A DNA stretch of 64,000 bases from Parasitella parasitica NRRL 2501 (Eukaryota > Fungi > Mucoromycota), in NCBI GenBank assembly GCA_025201805.1, contig MU619280.1, forward strand, positions 120,052-184,051, given 5' to 3'. The first letter of the stretch is position 1. The number at the start of each line of letters is the position of its first letter. The position numbers and the translations under genes are program-made. Below are positions 42,502-56,177 of this stretch, in pieces. The notes beneath the pieces are model-generated. The model had not been told where the DNA came from and searched no databases. It saw nothing but the letters and a program-made list of their open reading frames with translations.

Positions 42502-42884
42502 ATACAGTCTGCTTGTTATACAAATGAAGTTGAATACTATTCGTACTGCCTGATATTTATTTGAATAAAACTCTTAAGCCCTTGTTTGTTATTCAAAACT
42601 ACCCCGTCATACAGATTATATAAAGTGTACTTGTTCAAAGCTCGAAAAACAAAAAGATTAATTCTCAACTGAAGGTTGTCAATCCTCCAACATGATCTGA
42701 TCTGACCAGCAAAAAATGTTCAGAAGATAGAGTGTGATTAAACAACTAGACTAATATTAAGAAGCAGTATGACACTTGATTCATGCATGGTATACATATA
42801 TATATATATATATATTTTTCAGGTATTTACAGAATTTGGTTCAAAAAAAATGGGGGTATTCTTATACTACAAACATTGGAAATG

Positions 42885-45104
42885 CTAATAATGGAAATTA
42901 AGAGATGGCTGCTGATGCGTCACGTAATTTGGTAAAAGTGTTCCTCTACCATGGTGGTGGGGGTGGTGGTGATTGGAAAGGCTTCTTTCTGGTGTAAAAG
43001 GGAACCGATATATATTACTGTTCGTTTGTTGTACCTTTTCCATTTGTGCCAGTGCTGCTGCTGCTGTTTGGGGATGATGCACATGCACATCATAAAAGTT
43101 GAATTTGCCACTGAATATTAAATCGACCTCTTCCAGCGATTTTCCACTTGTTTCTGGAAACTGCCAATGTACAATCATTGCGATCACTAGACTCATGGCG
43201 CTAAATAATACATAGGTGCACCAATGGATTTTCTGTAGCATGATGGGTGTTAGTTGGAGCACTGCGTAGGTAAACAGCCAATTTGAAGCTGTAGAGATAC
43301 CTAGCGCTTTTGCTCGCACACCATGTGAATAGAGTTCTGCTGGATAAATCCATCCCAAAGTGCCCCATGTACATGAGTATATCGCCACACATACGTACAT
43401 GACAATCAAGAATCCAATAGTGCTTCCGTTGGCATCAAAGATAATGTATAATGGATTGCCGCTCTTCCCTGTATTTGCTGATGGCATATCTTGTTGCAAA
43501 ATCGAGCTGGCTGTGCTGAATGCAGATCCGTGGAGAGCAGACAAAATTGCTAAAATACCAATGCACACACTGCAAAGAATAGCACCGATAATCATAGTAG
43601 GGCGTCTACCCCACCGATCTATCTATGGTTGTCGGTCACTAAGTAGAACCTTTTTTTTTTTCTATGTCCAATTCATTTACTTACAAAAATCATGGCGGGA
43701 ATAGTTGCCAATAAATTGATGGATCCACTAAGAGCATTGGCTAATGTCAAGTTAGTTTTTGTGTAATGGCTATTTACACCGAGCTTCTTCTGCACATACC
43801 AAACAACGCAGCATCTCTTCCCGTTAACCCAGTTGCTTGAAATATTTGAGGAGCAAACACCCTGCGCGCAAAAATATGAGTCTTTTTTTTTTTTTTTTTT
43901 TTACTAATTACTTTACAAGCAGAAATAAGGGAGGGGACTTACAATAATGCATTGACACCAGTCAACTGTTGAAAGATCTGCACTGCCATTCCTATCCATA
44001 GTCGCTTGCGATTATTTTCCGATCCATTCGAGAAAATGCGCCTGTATTTATGGTCTTTGAATACTTTGTGCTCAAACGTGATATTCTGCTTCATTTCTGT
44101 AAATTCCATCAAGGCGTTTGTGTCTGTTTTCGTGCCATCGCCCCGAATTTTCGATAATGTTTCCAGGGCCTCTGCATATTTGTTTTTGTCGATAGAATGG
44201 CGTGGGCTCTGGGGTATAAACAGTAAAAGACCGATGAGGCAAACCAAGGCAGGTATGAGCTGAAGGCCGAGGGCCAATCTCCATCCAACTGATCCAGGTA
44301 CGTTGACAAACGCATAATCTATCCAGTACGATATTGCGGTTCCCAACGTAATTGCGAATTGCTGAATTGACATTAATCGACCGCGCATATCTTTCGGTGC
44401 AATTTCAGATTGATCTATGTAATACAACTAGTTAACTGACTCGATTTTAATGCAAAATCTATTCTTGATTATACAATACACAATGGTACAACCATGGATA
44501 AGATTCTAGACGTGTACTCTGTTAAATCCAATAAATGAATGCGCATACACGTAATATTTACCCTAAGCTGATTCCAGTGACACCTCTACCACCGTACATT
44601 GTACTTAAATCATTTGAACCAACTTGTAATACGTTACCAAAGATAAAAATAATTGTACCCAATGCCATAAGCGCTTTCCTGCCAATAGCATCTGCCAATG
44701 GTCCCGAGAAGATTGCGCCAACAAAGGCTCCTGCCATCAGTGTGCTGATCAATGCGCTGTTTATTGTATCTGTAGTTATTGTCATATCTTGCTGAAATGC
44801 AGGCATCAAAAGTAGTCCTGTCAATACTCCAAAATTGTAGCTAGTAGAGCCGCATAAGCCGTGCATTCATCTGACTTCTATTTGATCATATTTACCCATA
44901 CTAAGCATGATATTACAGTTTCGAATATTTATGTAAGTAATCAGACATGATCATTTCACCGTCCTAGTAGGAAGCTTACCAATACACCTCCTAAAGCCAA
45001 AAAACTAAGCTTGGAATGAGTAGGGTTATTCAGGAACTCTAAACACTATATATTTACCAACAATAAAAACAAACCCGAGTATTGGACGAAAAATTGAGTG
45101 GCAT
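42885..45104 (-). CDS. MFS sugar porter (hexose transporter-like), multi-exon with a 5-nt microexon
   Basis: GGVL|YG|YNFGVLTG, ADAIGRK, VPLYQSEIAPKDMRG, PQSPR, FQQLTGVNA, IDRWGRR, WIYPAEL..RAK, PETSGKSLEE. Confidence 0.92.
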
Positions 45105-47816
45105 TTGTATAAAACGGCCCCTTTAATTAATTTAGTCTAGTAAAGTCTCTCGCAAATCTTCTTTGACAAGTATGACAAAAAAAAAAAAAAAGAAAAAAAG
45201 AGAGAGAAATAAAGAGAGGCAAATGTCCTGTAAATAAAGTAAGAAGTGAGAGAAAGATTTAGCATCATTATCATTTAACCAGATCAAGGTGCGACAAATA
45301 CAAAAAAAGCCACATGCTGTAATCCTTAGTACCTCACAATGTCCTTCGATTGCATCAAAAATTTTCCATTTATCTCATCACATGCAACAGTTGAGGCTGT
45401 ATCTGTAGTCTATAGTTACTTTTTAATACATGTTTGTTTACTCGAATTTAATCTAAAAAATGGATCATCATTTTCTCGGTTCATGTGTCCCTGGACAATT
45501 ATTTTCTCGGGCATCACTCTATAGTTATACACAAGTATAGTTTTGAGTCAGCAATTATCTGTATCGTAACGGAAATATGTCAGACATGCCTAATTATTCT
45601 GACCTTCATGGCGACTGTACGCATATGCTATGATAAGTTTTGCATAAATGTTTATGTATCCCTTCTATATAATACATCATCAGACACGACAAACCACTCA
45701 TTTGTTCAGTACTTTATGCACCTTTGATTAACTTAAAATATCAATTGAACATGGTCGATTTCCAGGAAAACTGGATAATACATTTTGCTGTATCCATAGA
45801 ATACCATGGTTACCACTTATTACAACTCAGTTGTCATGGTTACCGTTCCTGATCGGATTTAAGGTTAAATGTCACTGATTATAGGAAATAGAAGTAATCA
45901 ATAGATTGCCTTTGTATAAGAAATCAATAAGATCAATGGTTTCGTGTCTGGTAAATTAAGTCTTTTCGTATATGGTATTCTTTTAACATATGCAATCTCC
46001 TGTTGTACTCCTTTTCAAGACCTGGCACAATACATTTGATACCTGTTAATTAAATACAGTATGTTGCGGACAGGTCTATATACCTCTAATGAGTAGGATA
46101 TGTTTTTTTAGTATTAGGTCGCAATTCCAATCGCAATTTCCATTGTAGTATAAAAATTCTTGCATCCACTGTAAATATTCAAAGCAAACTTTGTCTCTGA
46201 TCTTCTAGAGATTTTTGAAAAAGCATTGCCCTCATGAAATAATGTGGAAAAGAGTAAGATGATATTGCATTATTATTCATCGTCTTACATATTGATGAAC
46301 TAAAAAGACGAATCTTCTAAAAGAACAAGGAGAACTCAGAAATTGGTCCGTCATGAACTCAATAGCTTAGAGAATGAAACGTGATATGTCAAAAGTCTGA
46401 TAAAAGAAATCTGCATTTTTATTCATTATACATCTCTTGATGTATTATATACACATTATATATACCAAGGTTCTACTGTCTAACCGCATACGTAAATCAT
46501 TGAAATGGAATAATACCTTTGGTTGTCATATCACTATCCAAGTAAATCAGATTCTATGATTTAAGCCTAAAAAAAAAGTTCCTATCTTTTTATTCATATT
46601 TTACATTTTTCATACTAGTAATTCTACACTAGCACCGATGTCTTCAAGAAATTGTTTTGAAATATAATTGTTACTTGAACACGTTAAGAATAAGATGGAA
46701 GATAAAGGTGTTACTTTGTTATCAGTAGTTATTTAATCATTTAGCTTGATTTAATACATTAAAGTGCATTTATCCAAAATTTGGAGGGATTGCATACTTT
46801 CTACGACCTAAAAAAAGCGATGTAAGATTTGAGATTTGAATAATGAGATTTAGGAGATAAAGTACAGATCATAACATAATATATTATAAATATTACAAAA
46901 ATTAGAATAGATATAATACTGTTGATTTTTTATATGGGCTACATTAGGCCGAAATATTAATTTCTTAGGACGAACCATATTTTGTTGAACAAGTAAAGCA
47001 TACAAAAGTGAAGGCAGGATAAAAAAGGAAAAAGTTTGATTTATGTGGATCTCTTTGGTGAAGTTTCCTTCAATAAAGTGCTCCCTTCAAAAATATCAAG
47101 CTGAAGAAGATGTATCCACCTGCGATTACAAGCAATCCTTCAATGAAAATCCCCCTTTTTTAATTGTTAGATGCATTCTTACTTGCTTAGAATAAGACCA
47201 CGGATAGCGAATTATGCGAATTGGCAAACGACATTATAGTACAAATTTTAATGTTCAAAAGGTTCTATCATGAATGCATCAAAGAAAGGCGGCTACTACG
47301 AAAATATAAGCAGTAGACAGATACCTAGTTGAGGGCTATGGTAATGATAACAGTGTGCAATAAATTATGTCAAACAAGAGAAAATGCCTCTCTCCCCTTA
47401 AATCCTAATGAATATGTGAATTTTGATCCAACTTTATTATATTTGAGGAATGCAATCCGATCTGAATCTTTTTAGGGTATATTAGGAACTCGGTAGGCCT
47501 CAACTATTATTAGCGATTTTCATGCAGTATTTTTATTCACACTCTTTCGTTTGGCTGCTCTTACATCTGTCTGTAGTAACCTAAAACCCTTTTATTGTCA
47601 TCTAAATCACCGAAATCAACAATTGTATGTCAAATCAGTGGTTTCGTAAAACCATCTTGTCATCATGCAAACAGAAAAATAGCCGCTTATTTGAACTGCG
47701 AACAAATGTCTAGTAGTACAACATAAATACAATTGACAAAATTGCCCTTGCAATAATACAGATATTTTTTTTTTTTTNNNNNNNNNNTTTTTATTTATTT
47801 TATCATACAATAGAAA

Positions 47817-48089
47817 ATGAGCAACACAACAGCATCTACAACCAGAGAAATGGGCAATAAACCGACTGTAGATCAGGATGAAGAAGAAGACGATCCTTAT
47901 AACGCGAGAATCGAGAAAACTGGGTGTTACCAAGAAAATGAAGATTTACAAATATGCTTTTTTGACACAAAAGACTGGCGAAAATGCAAAAAGGAGATGC
48001 AGGCATTTCGAGAATGTTTTATAAAGAATTCCAAAAATGCAGGAAGCAAAGAGCTGATTGAATCTGTTAAACATCCACAAGAGTTGTAA
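47817..48089 (+). CDS. COA4: Cytochrome c oxidase assembly factor 4 (twin CX9C)
   Basis: DDPYNARIEKTGCYQENEDLQICFFDTKDWRKCKKEMQAFREC. Confidence 0.88.
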   Translation: MSNTTASTTREMGNKPTVDQDEEEDDPYNARIEKTGCYQENEDLQICFFDTKDWRKCKKEMQAFRECFIKNSKNAGSKELIESVKHPQEL

Positions 48090-48100
48090 AGGGGTGTATC

Positions 48101-51018
48101 TTATTTTTCACATAAAATGCTGGCTTTCCTGATCTCTGCGTTATCGAGCGAACTGATGGACCGTAGATGTGTATATAACATTGGGTTAATTTTGAAATTA
48201 TATGCTCTGGAAAGTACTTGAAATGATAATACATGTTTGACAACAGATGCTACCGTATAGATAGATTATTTAATTGAATAAATCAGTGTTATCCATGTTT
48301 CCTTAGACTCACCTGTTATTCGGAATTTGTTGTAGTTGACTAGGCAATGACTCAATCGCTCGCATAGATTTTTGTCATTTTCCTCCATTTCCGCATCCTT
48401 ATCTTCATTGTCGTCATCAGGGCAAGTAGATTCAATAAATGTAGGTAATTCGGCTACGAATACCAAATCAGATAAATAAAGGCCTGTCAAAAAAAAAACA
48501 AAAACCATCAGGGAAACAGAAAACTAATAAGCATGTCAATAATTTTTACCAAGAAACGGAATGCAGCCGTTTGCGAGATCGAACGATTTCAAGCTTTTTG
48601 TCAATACGCTCTCAACAGCAAACGATTCAGCTACTTCCTCGGTAGCTTTCGTCATGCAATCCCTGATGTTTTTCCAGTTTTTGAACGGTTTTGCCATTTC
48701 TTTGAGCTGGTTGAACAATTCCATTTGACAATGATCAACTCGCTGCCATGTCTTTTCTAGTCGCGACACTGCAGGGGATTGTAAACCCAACAAAATTTGC
48801 ATCAGCGTGCTATAGTTTCGATGGTGGTAACACTTTAATGCTACCCGAAGGAACTTTTCAATCACTCGCACCCTGGTCTCTAGATGCCGAGAACGAACAA
48901 TTTCAGATGCTACCCATTGGCATGTCTAATATAGAATAGAGCAGGCCAAATTTAGTGTGTGAATTTCTTTCAATAGTGTAATTTTTTTTTTTTTTTTTTT
49001 GTTTACCATGTTGAAAAACCCAATCATTTGGTCTACGCCGACATGGACATCGTCGTTCAAGGTTGTCATTTCAATCACATAAGACTCTCGAGCAGCAGAT
49101 CTTTTTCTCCAGCGTAAATCAACCAATTCATCCCATGTAACGTTTTGGAGCATGGCTTTTTCGATTAGACAAAACTGCTGTGCGATTGTTTCCGATCGAT
49201 ATTTGAGGACAATAGATCTGTAATTATTGGACGTTGTGTTTGAAGATAAGCTAGGAGAACGAAAGAAGCGACTTGAATTACTATTGTGTAGCGCAGCAGG
49301 CTTGGTGGAAGGCTGCATCCTGCATTGCTGTTTATGCTGAATGTTTAAACTTGCACTGCTACCGTTGATGCTAAGTGAACTATCTGTAAGGTTACAGCTA
49401 CATGGTTGTGCATTATTGACTGTCGAGTACAAAGTAGGTGGTAATGCTGCTGCATTAGAATGCTGTTGTTGTCTCATGGAGACAGTTCTGCTCAGAGATC
49501 TTCTCATCTTGGTAGTCCATGAGGATGAAGATGGGGCTGGTGTGCGAGTAGTGCAGCTATTGTCTTCATGTATGGTGTTCCTACAGGGTGAAATGGCAAT
49601 GGCAATGGCACTGTCTTTTCTTGACGGTAGCTTTTCGTTTTGATTCTGTTCCTGAAGGGGATCCACCCAATGTTGGTAGAACTTGCGTTGTCTCTTGAAA
49701 ACAGTGCGTAGATTCTTTACAATACGATCATCACGTGGAGACGCTAGAATGACAGGATTTGATTGTAGTTGTGTAAGAAATGTACACAACACATAACGCA
49801 GTGTTCGGGATGCTGCAAAATCGTACGTCCAGTAGTGAGTCAACCAATGGCGGATGGCTACAAATGTCCTACACAAAAAAAAACAATTTTTTACCCCTTA
49901 AATAATCGAATAATCGAATAATCGAATAATAACTCTAATTTACAATTAATACCTTATACGAATTAAGACATGTTCATCGTCGTCTTGCAAAAGTGCCCAT
50001 CGAAACCGTAAAATGAGCAGCTTGCACAGCTTGATGGGCGACAGAAATTGTCGATATGTCAGAAAAAAGTCCATGGTAAACTCGTTGTCTGCGCAAGAGA
50101 ATTAGAGCCATGCAAGGTGCTAGAGTCATGTCGACTACACACGTACCCATTTCACGAGTCAGCTTTTCAATTAGTTTCTCCACAGTAGCTGAAGTGATGG
50201 TAGCATCTGCCTTGCCATAATGGACAAAGCTCGATGCATCTTTAGCTAACAAGTCAAATATATGCGGGTCATTTTCAATGGGCAAAGGGGGTGGGCTATT
50301 TTCTGTTGACTGTGGTGGTGTCGGTGCTTTTTTTAATTGTGGTTCATCCCAGGATTCATGCTGAGGGTGTTGCATCGGATCCAGGATTTGCTGCAGAGGG
50401 TGGTGCTCCTGACAGTGAGAGGACGTTGTGGTGCCGGTAATGGTTTTATTTGGGAACAGCGATGAAATATTTCTAGTTTTCCCAAGCATTCTTGTCAGTT
50501 TGCTGGTGCTATTTTTATCAGGAACACTAGCAAAGACGCCAGGAGAAGGTCCAGCGTCATCATTGTCCATAGTGGCAGGAATATGCGAAAAAGATCGAGA
50601 GGCGTGCAAGCATCGGTTTGATTCATGCATATTGCGACTGATTTAAAGGAATGTTTACATTTGCTTTTAAAGGAGGAGCGAGAAAGTCAAATTGTATTTG
50701 TATATTACCTTGGTTTCGCTGCAGTTACCCAACCATAAATGGTGGCTAATCTCTGATGGGGCTCATGTACACTGTGTCTTCTTTTCGGCGGTGTGTCCTG
50801 GATAGCGACGACCGGCGACGTCGGTGTGCAGGTGTTCTGGTAGCAGGAGAGAACATCGCCCTCGCTCCTCACGACAATGTCATCGAGCGACCTTGATCTT
50901 CGTCTACATGGATGTAAGGGTATGATTAGACGGTATCTAATTGGATAAGCAGCTACTACTTTTGCAAGGTGGATGTGGCATTCAGCGGTGAAACCGAGCT
51001 TGGAATTGCACTGAACAT
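48101..51018 (-). CDS. Ras guanine-nucleotide exchange factor (REM + CDC25-type RasGEF), multi-exon
   Basis: SATVEKLIEKLT, DFFLTYRQF, IRHWLTHYWTYDF, IAQQFCLIE, NYSTLMQILLGLQSPAVSRLEKTW, GCIPFL|GLYLSDL, LVNYNKFR. Confidence 0.9.
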
Positions 51019-51283
51019 TTGGATCGGAAAAGCCAAAAGATGTAAAGAAGAAAAAGACGGATTGAAATTAAACTTTAGGCTTTCTATTGTGTGTGCTTTT
51101 TATAACTTTTGAGATATTTTTTTTTTTTTTACAAATTACTGTTTGACGTAATACATGAAATAGGAATGAAGGAGATGTTTTCCCCTTCTCATAAATTTAC
51201 CGAAATTCACTATAAATCCATTATTAACAAATCTCAAGTAACTCCGTGTTTTTTTTTTCCTTTCTTTTCCCATCTTAAAAAAC

Positions 51284-51999
51284 ATGACTTTGGACAAACA
51301 TGCACGGCCTTTTCGAATTCGAAAATCACTGAGAGAGCTTGTGCATAAGCCTAGAATATCAAAGTCAAGCAGCAATCCATGTATATCGCTGCCCCCATTT
51401 CCGGACCATGACCGCAAGTGCCAAGAATATGCCTACGATGTACTGTACGAATGCCAAAGAGGGTAACTACAAGACAAGACGGCCGCATGTGGGTGAGCCG
51501 TGTACTAATACACATTCAAATAGTTCTTTGGCGGTAGGCTACAGCAGCAAAACGTAAGTCGCACAGAAAAGGAAAAGAGGTTAAGCTGACTGACTGGTAA
51601 ATTGGTAGCCTTTTGCAGTTCGATCCTAACCCATGGTGTGATGCCGATATGAGGTAACCCTTGTATAGCCGGATTGCAGACAGACATATAACACACGTGC
51701 TAACATGTAAAAAGGTTCACACCAATGAATATCGAAAACTATCAGTTACCAGACCCTACCTGGCAGTGGGTCAGTAAAGACTGGATGATCGACATGACGG
51801 AAGACGTAGATGAAGCTGGCTGGCAGTATGCATTAAAATTTCACGGCGCAGTATGGCATGGTAAAAATCAGTGCATTTATATAGATGACGCACTTTTACT
51901 AATGTATTACAAAACAGGCAACTATAAGCATTTCAGATCATTCGTTCGAAGGAGACGGTGGATTCGACTGAGACATAGGCTGTTAAATAATCGGCAACT

Positions 52000-52033
<34 letters not shown>

Positions 52034-52466
52034 GAACAGCAGTTGTCGTTATTAGTAGACTTGAACGATCCAGCACCATCAGCCTCCATAGCATCGAGCG
52101 ATAAAGACTTTGTGGAAAAACTGCGGAAATGCCGCCTAGACAGAGAGCGTTTGGCTTTGCTCAGCGGTGCAATCAAATCGACGCTTCCTGGTTTAGAGGA
52201 TCAACTGCTCGAAAAGGTATGATTTCGCATTTGCCGTCCAGAATACAATTATTAATTCGTTTACATGTCAGGCCGTCGATTACATGGATACATTTGATTA
52301 CGATGATTCAAAATTCAAATTTTTATCACAGCTACTACAAAGGAAATACGATTCAAATCAAGAGATTATTCATCTAACAGACACAGAGAAACAGGCGGTT
52401 CAATCGCTGAGATTCTATTCTGATATCCAAAGCATATTGAACAGCATTGATCCTGACGTTGCATGA
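51284..52466 (+). CDS. Dysferlin (DysF/Pex24p-type) domain protein, Spo73/Mug65-like, multi-exon
   Basis: DVLYECQRG, DPNPWCD, YQLPDPTWQWVSKDWMIDM..DVDEAGWQYA..F..WHG, SFVRRRRWIRLR. Confidence 0.8.
52001..52030 (+). repeat. (CAG)10 coding trinucleotide repeat (poly-Gln)
   Basis: Pure cag run inside the DysF-protein exon. Confidence 0.95.
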
Positions 52467-52531
52467 ATATAGTTCTTTTCTGTTTAATTATTATACCATT
52501 AAAACCATTAAAAGCTTGTGTTTCTGTTCGT

Positions 52532-53805
52532 TTATTCATCATCCTCATCCCCATCTTCACCACTCAGGTCTATGCTCACAATACCGTTATAGATGACATA
52601 AGCCAAAAAGAACGTAGCGCCACCTGCAATGGACCAGATACGCTTACGTTCAAAATCGACCTGGGATTGACTCTTTTCCTTCTTCTCCTCACCACCCATA
52701 TAGGAAACAACGTCGTCCTTTACTGTGCCCAGAAATCCCATTGGGTTATTTTTGAATGTTCTCCAAAGCGAAGGCACATCTTGTGCAGCTTTGGATTCTT
52801 CTGTTTCTTCCTGGAACAAAAGCTGCTTCACTCTGTCGCAGTAGCGTGCAAGTGCGGGGTATTCGTGAATTAGAATGTGCTGCAATCTTTGGTGAGATAA
52901 ATCTGGATAGAGATGCAACGCCAAGTATCCAAACACAACGCAGTCTAGCGTAGAAGCATGGTCGCCAAACATGTAGTCTTGGTCGCCCAATTGTGATTGC
53001 AAAACACCATAGGTCTCTCGAGCTAGTTGGAACATCTACATGGCATTCATCATTAACACGGTTGCAATATTGCGACTCTCCTTCCTTACATGGTGCCAGC
53101 CAGATTTCAGCAACTCTTTCATTTCGTCCTTTTCATTCTGTGGCAGTCCAACGTCGTCTCTAGTGATTTCTACGCTATATTTTTCAAGTCTTGCCTTGGC
53201 ATTCTTTTTCAATTGAACAGGCACAATGTATCGATTGGGAAACGACAGCAGTTTTGCGTAGGTGGGTCGAATGTTCTTGATAAAATTGGTTGAATCTGCA
53301 TACCACGTATACAACTAAACAAGACCTGGTTCGTTAGCTGCTGTCATTAGTTGCTGGATAATCTCTTACCATGCAGTCATAAAGCTTATCCTGGACCAAT
53401 GCAGAATAGCTGTGTTTTCACGTTAAACAAACTTTGCAGCGCTTGGAAATATTAGTCAACTTACGCAGTGTATTCTGCTTTTTGCTCTGCAGTGAGATCC
53501 TTGTTGGCATCTTTGTCGTGCTGAGACAGATAGTTTAGAATACGCTCAACGCCAGGTATCCAGGCAGAGCCATCGTTCAGCAAAGGAAGTTCTTCTATAA
53601 AAACCATAGCGAATCAGTAAATCAACCCTTCAAAACCCCCCTTTTTGTGTTGCGTACCAGTTGGACTTTGTTGTGGGTCATTGCATTTGACAATTGTGTA
53701 GTTTTGCTTTATAAGGCGCAAATAAGATTCGATTACAATACATTTAGGGTCAATCGAGGGTGCATTAAGAGCTGGTCCCCATACATACAGTTGCATAGAT
53801 GACAT
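52532..53805 (-). CDS. Metaxin/Sam37-like mitochondrial outer-membrane import protein, multi-exon
   Basis: MQLYVWGP..PSIDPKC..YLRL..SPTG|ELPLL; GST-C-like YMFGDHASTLDCVVFGYLAL; C-terminal TM. Confidence 0.85.
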
Positions 53806-54387
53806 ATAATTATATCAAGCTAGAAAAAAAAAAAAAAGTAGCTGCCTGCCCTTGGCTTAATGTGGCCATCACCCCCAGCATGAAGCAGACATTCACCAGG
53901 CGTTGGAACTCAGTAAGACATCTCATGCTATCGACCCTTTTTCTCACTGCCATAAACTACAGTGTTCCTAGGAGCTGTTTGCAGACTGGAAAACCATGTT
54001 TTTTTTACAAAGGAGATCCATAGCACCAATGTGAAAAAGCTTTGTTAAAGTTCAAGTAGAAACCTCTATCCCTAGTCGTATCGTACACATAATAAACAGC
54101 TAGTGTTTATGAAATCTCTTTATGAATTCATTGAAATCAGAAATATAATTACTTGTAAAAAAAACAGGCTGTGGTTTGTTATTATATTTGATAGATGACC
54201 AGCACTGATCAAAGCTTCAAATTAAGCGGCAACCAACGACATTTTCAACAATTGCAGCTATTTACCATGTGCAAAACAATAAAAGTACGGTATATCAAAA
54301 CAATTACTAGCAAGAAAATCTTACTACACGACGTGTACAACTGCGTAACTGTTGAGCTGATACTTTCCGCAATATGCTGCTTTATTT

Positions 54388-55505
54388 TTAATTGTTAGAC
54401 ATCTCGCCTTCGTTTCTCTTTGCATTAAGGTCATTCTTTGTCTGCTCTTCCAGATCACGGATATCTTGAATGCTCATCCCATACCACTTGTCAGTCCAGC
54501 AGAACAATTGTCGATGAAACTTTGTAAACAATGTCTGAACAGTCGATGCCAAAAAAGATTCTACTCTGCTCTGAATGCCGAACCATTTGAACTCAATATA
54601 GACTAGTTTATAGCATGTCATGACAGGATCGACGGTCTTTTGCCAGTTGGATTCGGTCAGAGGACCCCGACCTGTCTTTGCAGAATGGTAAAGCTTTGGA
54701 TCTTCTTCTTCTTTGTAATCTTTGGAGTCGACCTTGTCATTCGCAATATCAATGATGATGACATTTCGCTTTTTCAAATCTGCATGCAGCATTCAAGTTA
54801 ATCTTTGGCTTTCTTGCCTACAATACAAACACATATATACTTGCCTTCCTTTGTAATATTCAAGGCATTCTCAAGCTCACCGCGTGATCCATCGACATGC
54901 AATGTTTCGTAAACAATCGAAAAAGCATCCTTCATATAGCCATTCTATTTGTAGCAAACGAGATGCACATTGTCAAAATTTGCGGTACCTTCCTCTCTTA
55001 TACACACAACAAACTTACCTTTAGCACTATTAAAAAAAAAAAAAAAAAAAAGGTCAATAATCGAAACGCAATATACATTTGAATAGAGTAAATTTACCAG
55101 TTTTACAGTATGGATATGCATTCCATGCCTATGGCGAAATAATCATAAATTATTATTTTGAAGCCCTCCTTTTTTTTTTCTTGCTACTAACCTCTTCATA
55201 CAAATCAAGAGCGCCTGCAGGCGCAATTGCTTTGACGACGGAAGGAACTCGAGAGGCAAGACGGAATATCTTATATGTGTATTGACCCTTTTCGTCACCC
55301 TTTTCGTAAGGCTCGTTCTTAATGACTTCTACACCCTCTCCGCCTCCAGTATTTTCTTTTGAAGACTGTGCAGTGGCATATAACTGGGCTATTCCCAATG
55401 TATGAGCATAACGAGTACACAGTTTTTGTCCCATTTTATAACCCTACCAACTTGATATTCTTGTTCTGTGCAGTTGTTGATAATTCTATATTCGTTGATA
55501 ATCAT
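54388..55505 (-). CDS. Phosphatidylinositol transfer protein, START-fold class I (PITP alpha/beta-like), multi-exon
   Basis: EYRI, EYQ|IAQLY, GGGEGVEVIKNEPY, GQYTYKIF, EE|AWNAYPYCKT, KTGRGPL, MTCYKLV, FHRQLFCWTDKWYGM. Confidence 0.93.
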
Positions 55506-56177
55506 CTTTGCTTTTCGAAAAAAATAAAATAAAAAGGTAATAGAGAGAAAAGAAAAGTCGAAATCAAAGCCCATTTCTGGCCTCGTACCGATCAGCCCTT
55601 CCCTCCTCCCTCCCTCCCCCACCCCTTTTTTTTTTCAAGGCTGCTAATAATATATACTACATGTCCGGAGAAACCCGAGTATTCTTCTCCATGGTTTCGC
55701 CTTTGTTATCTACGCACTCTTTTTATGTTAATGTCTGCATATATCGTCATGTATAAAGATATGAAAAGTGCGCGCGTGGATTGCGATATCATTGAATTTA
55801 TTACAAACTTGAGCCACTATTTGTTGTTTTGTAGTGTTGCCATGGAGATCATCATGTGATGTATCGCTAAATGTCCTTGGGTTATATGCACAAATGTATA
55901 TGTTTCAATCGATGATGGTTAGAGGCACAGAAAAGCTACTTTGATAGAACAATTTAAACATTGAAATACTTTTTAAAAAAAAAAATACATGTCGCCTGGT
56001 GAAGGTATCCGATTTCCATGGCTATCATCATGAGCCATTTTCCACCATTAATGCGCATTATACGGTACTACTGAGAAGATGACAGTCATCTGCTTTTTCA
56101 TGGTAATCGCACGCGCAACACTTGACCCTCTCCCTTATTCGATTTTTTGCCAGCGAAAAAACCAAAAAAAAAAAAAA

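Noticed and set aside
46980-47400. Protein-like fragments with multiple stops in the long intergenic region
   Set aside because: No recognisable family or splice structure; cannot be distinguished from chance
49901-49930. (AATAATCG)3 tandem repeat
   Set aside because: Short intronic slippage repeat in the RasGEF gene with no spacers, so not CRISPR-like
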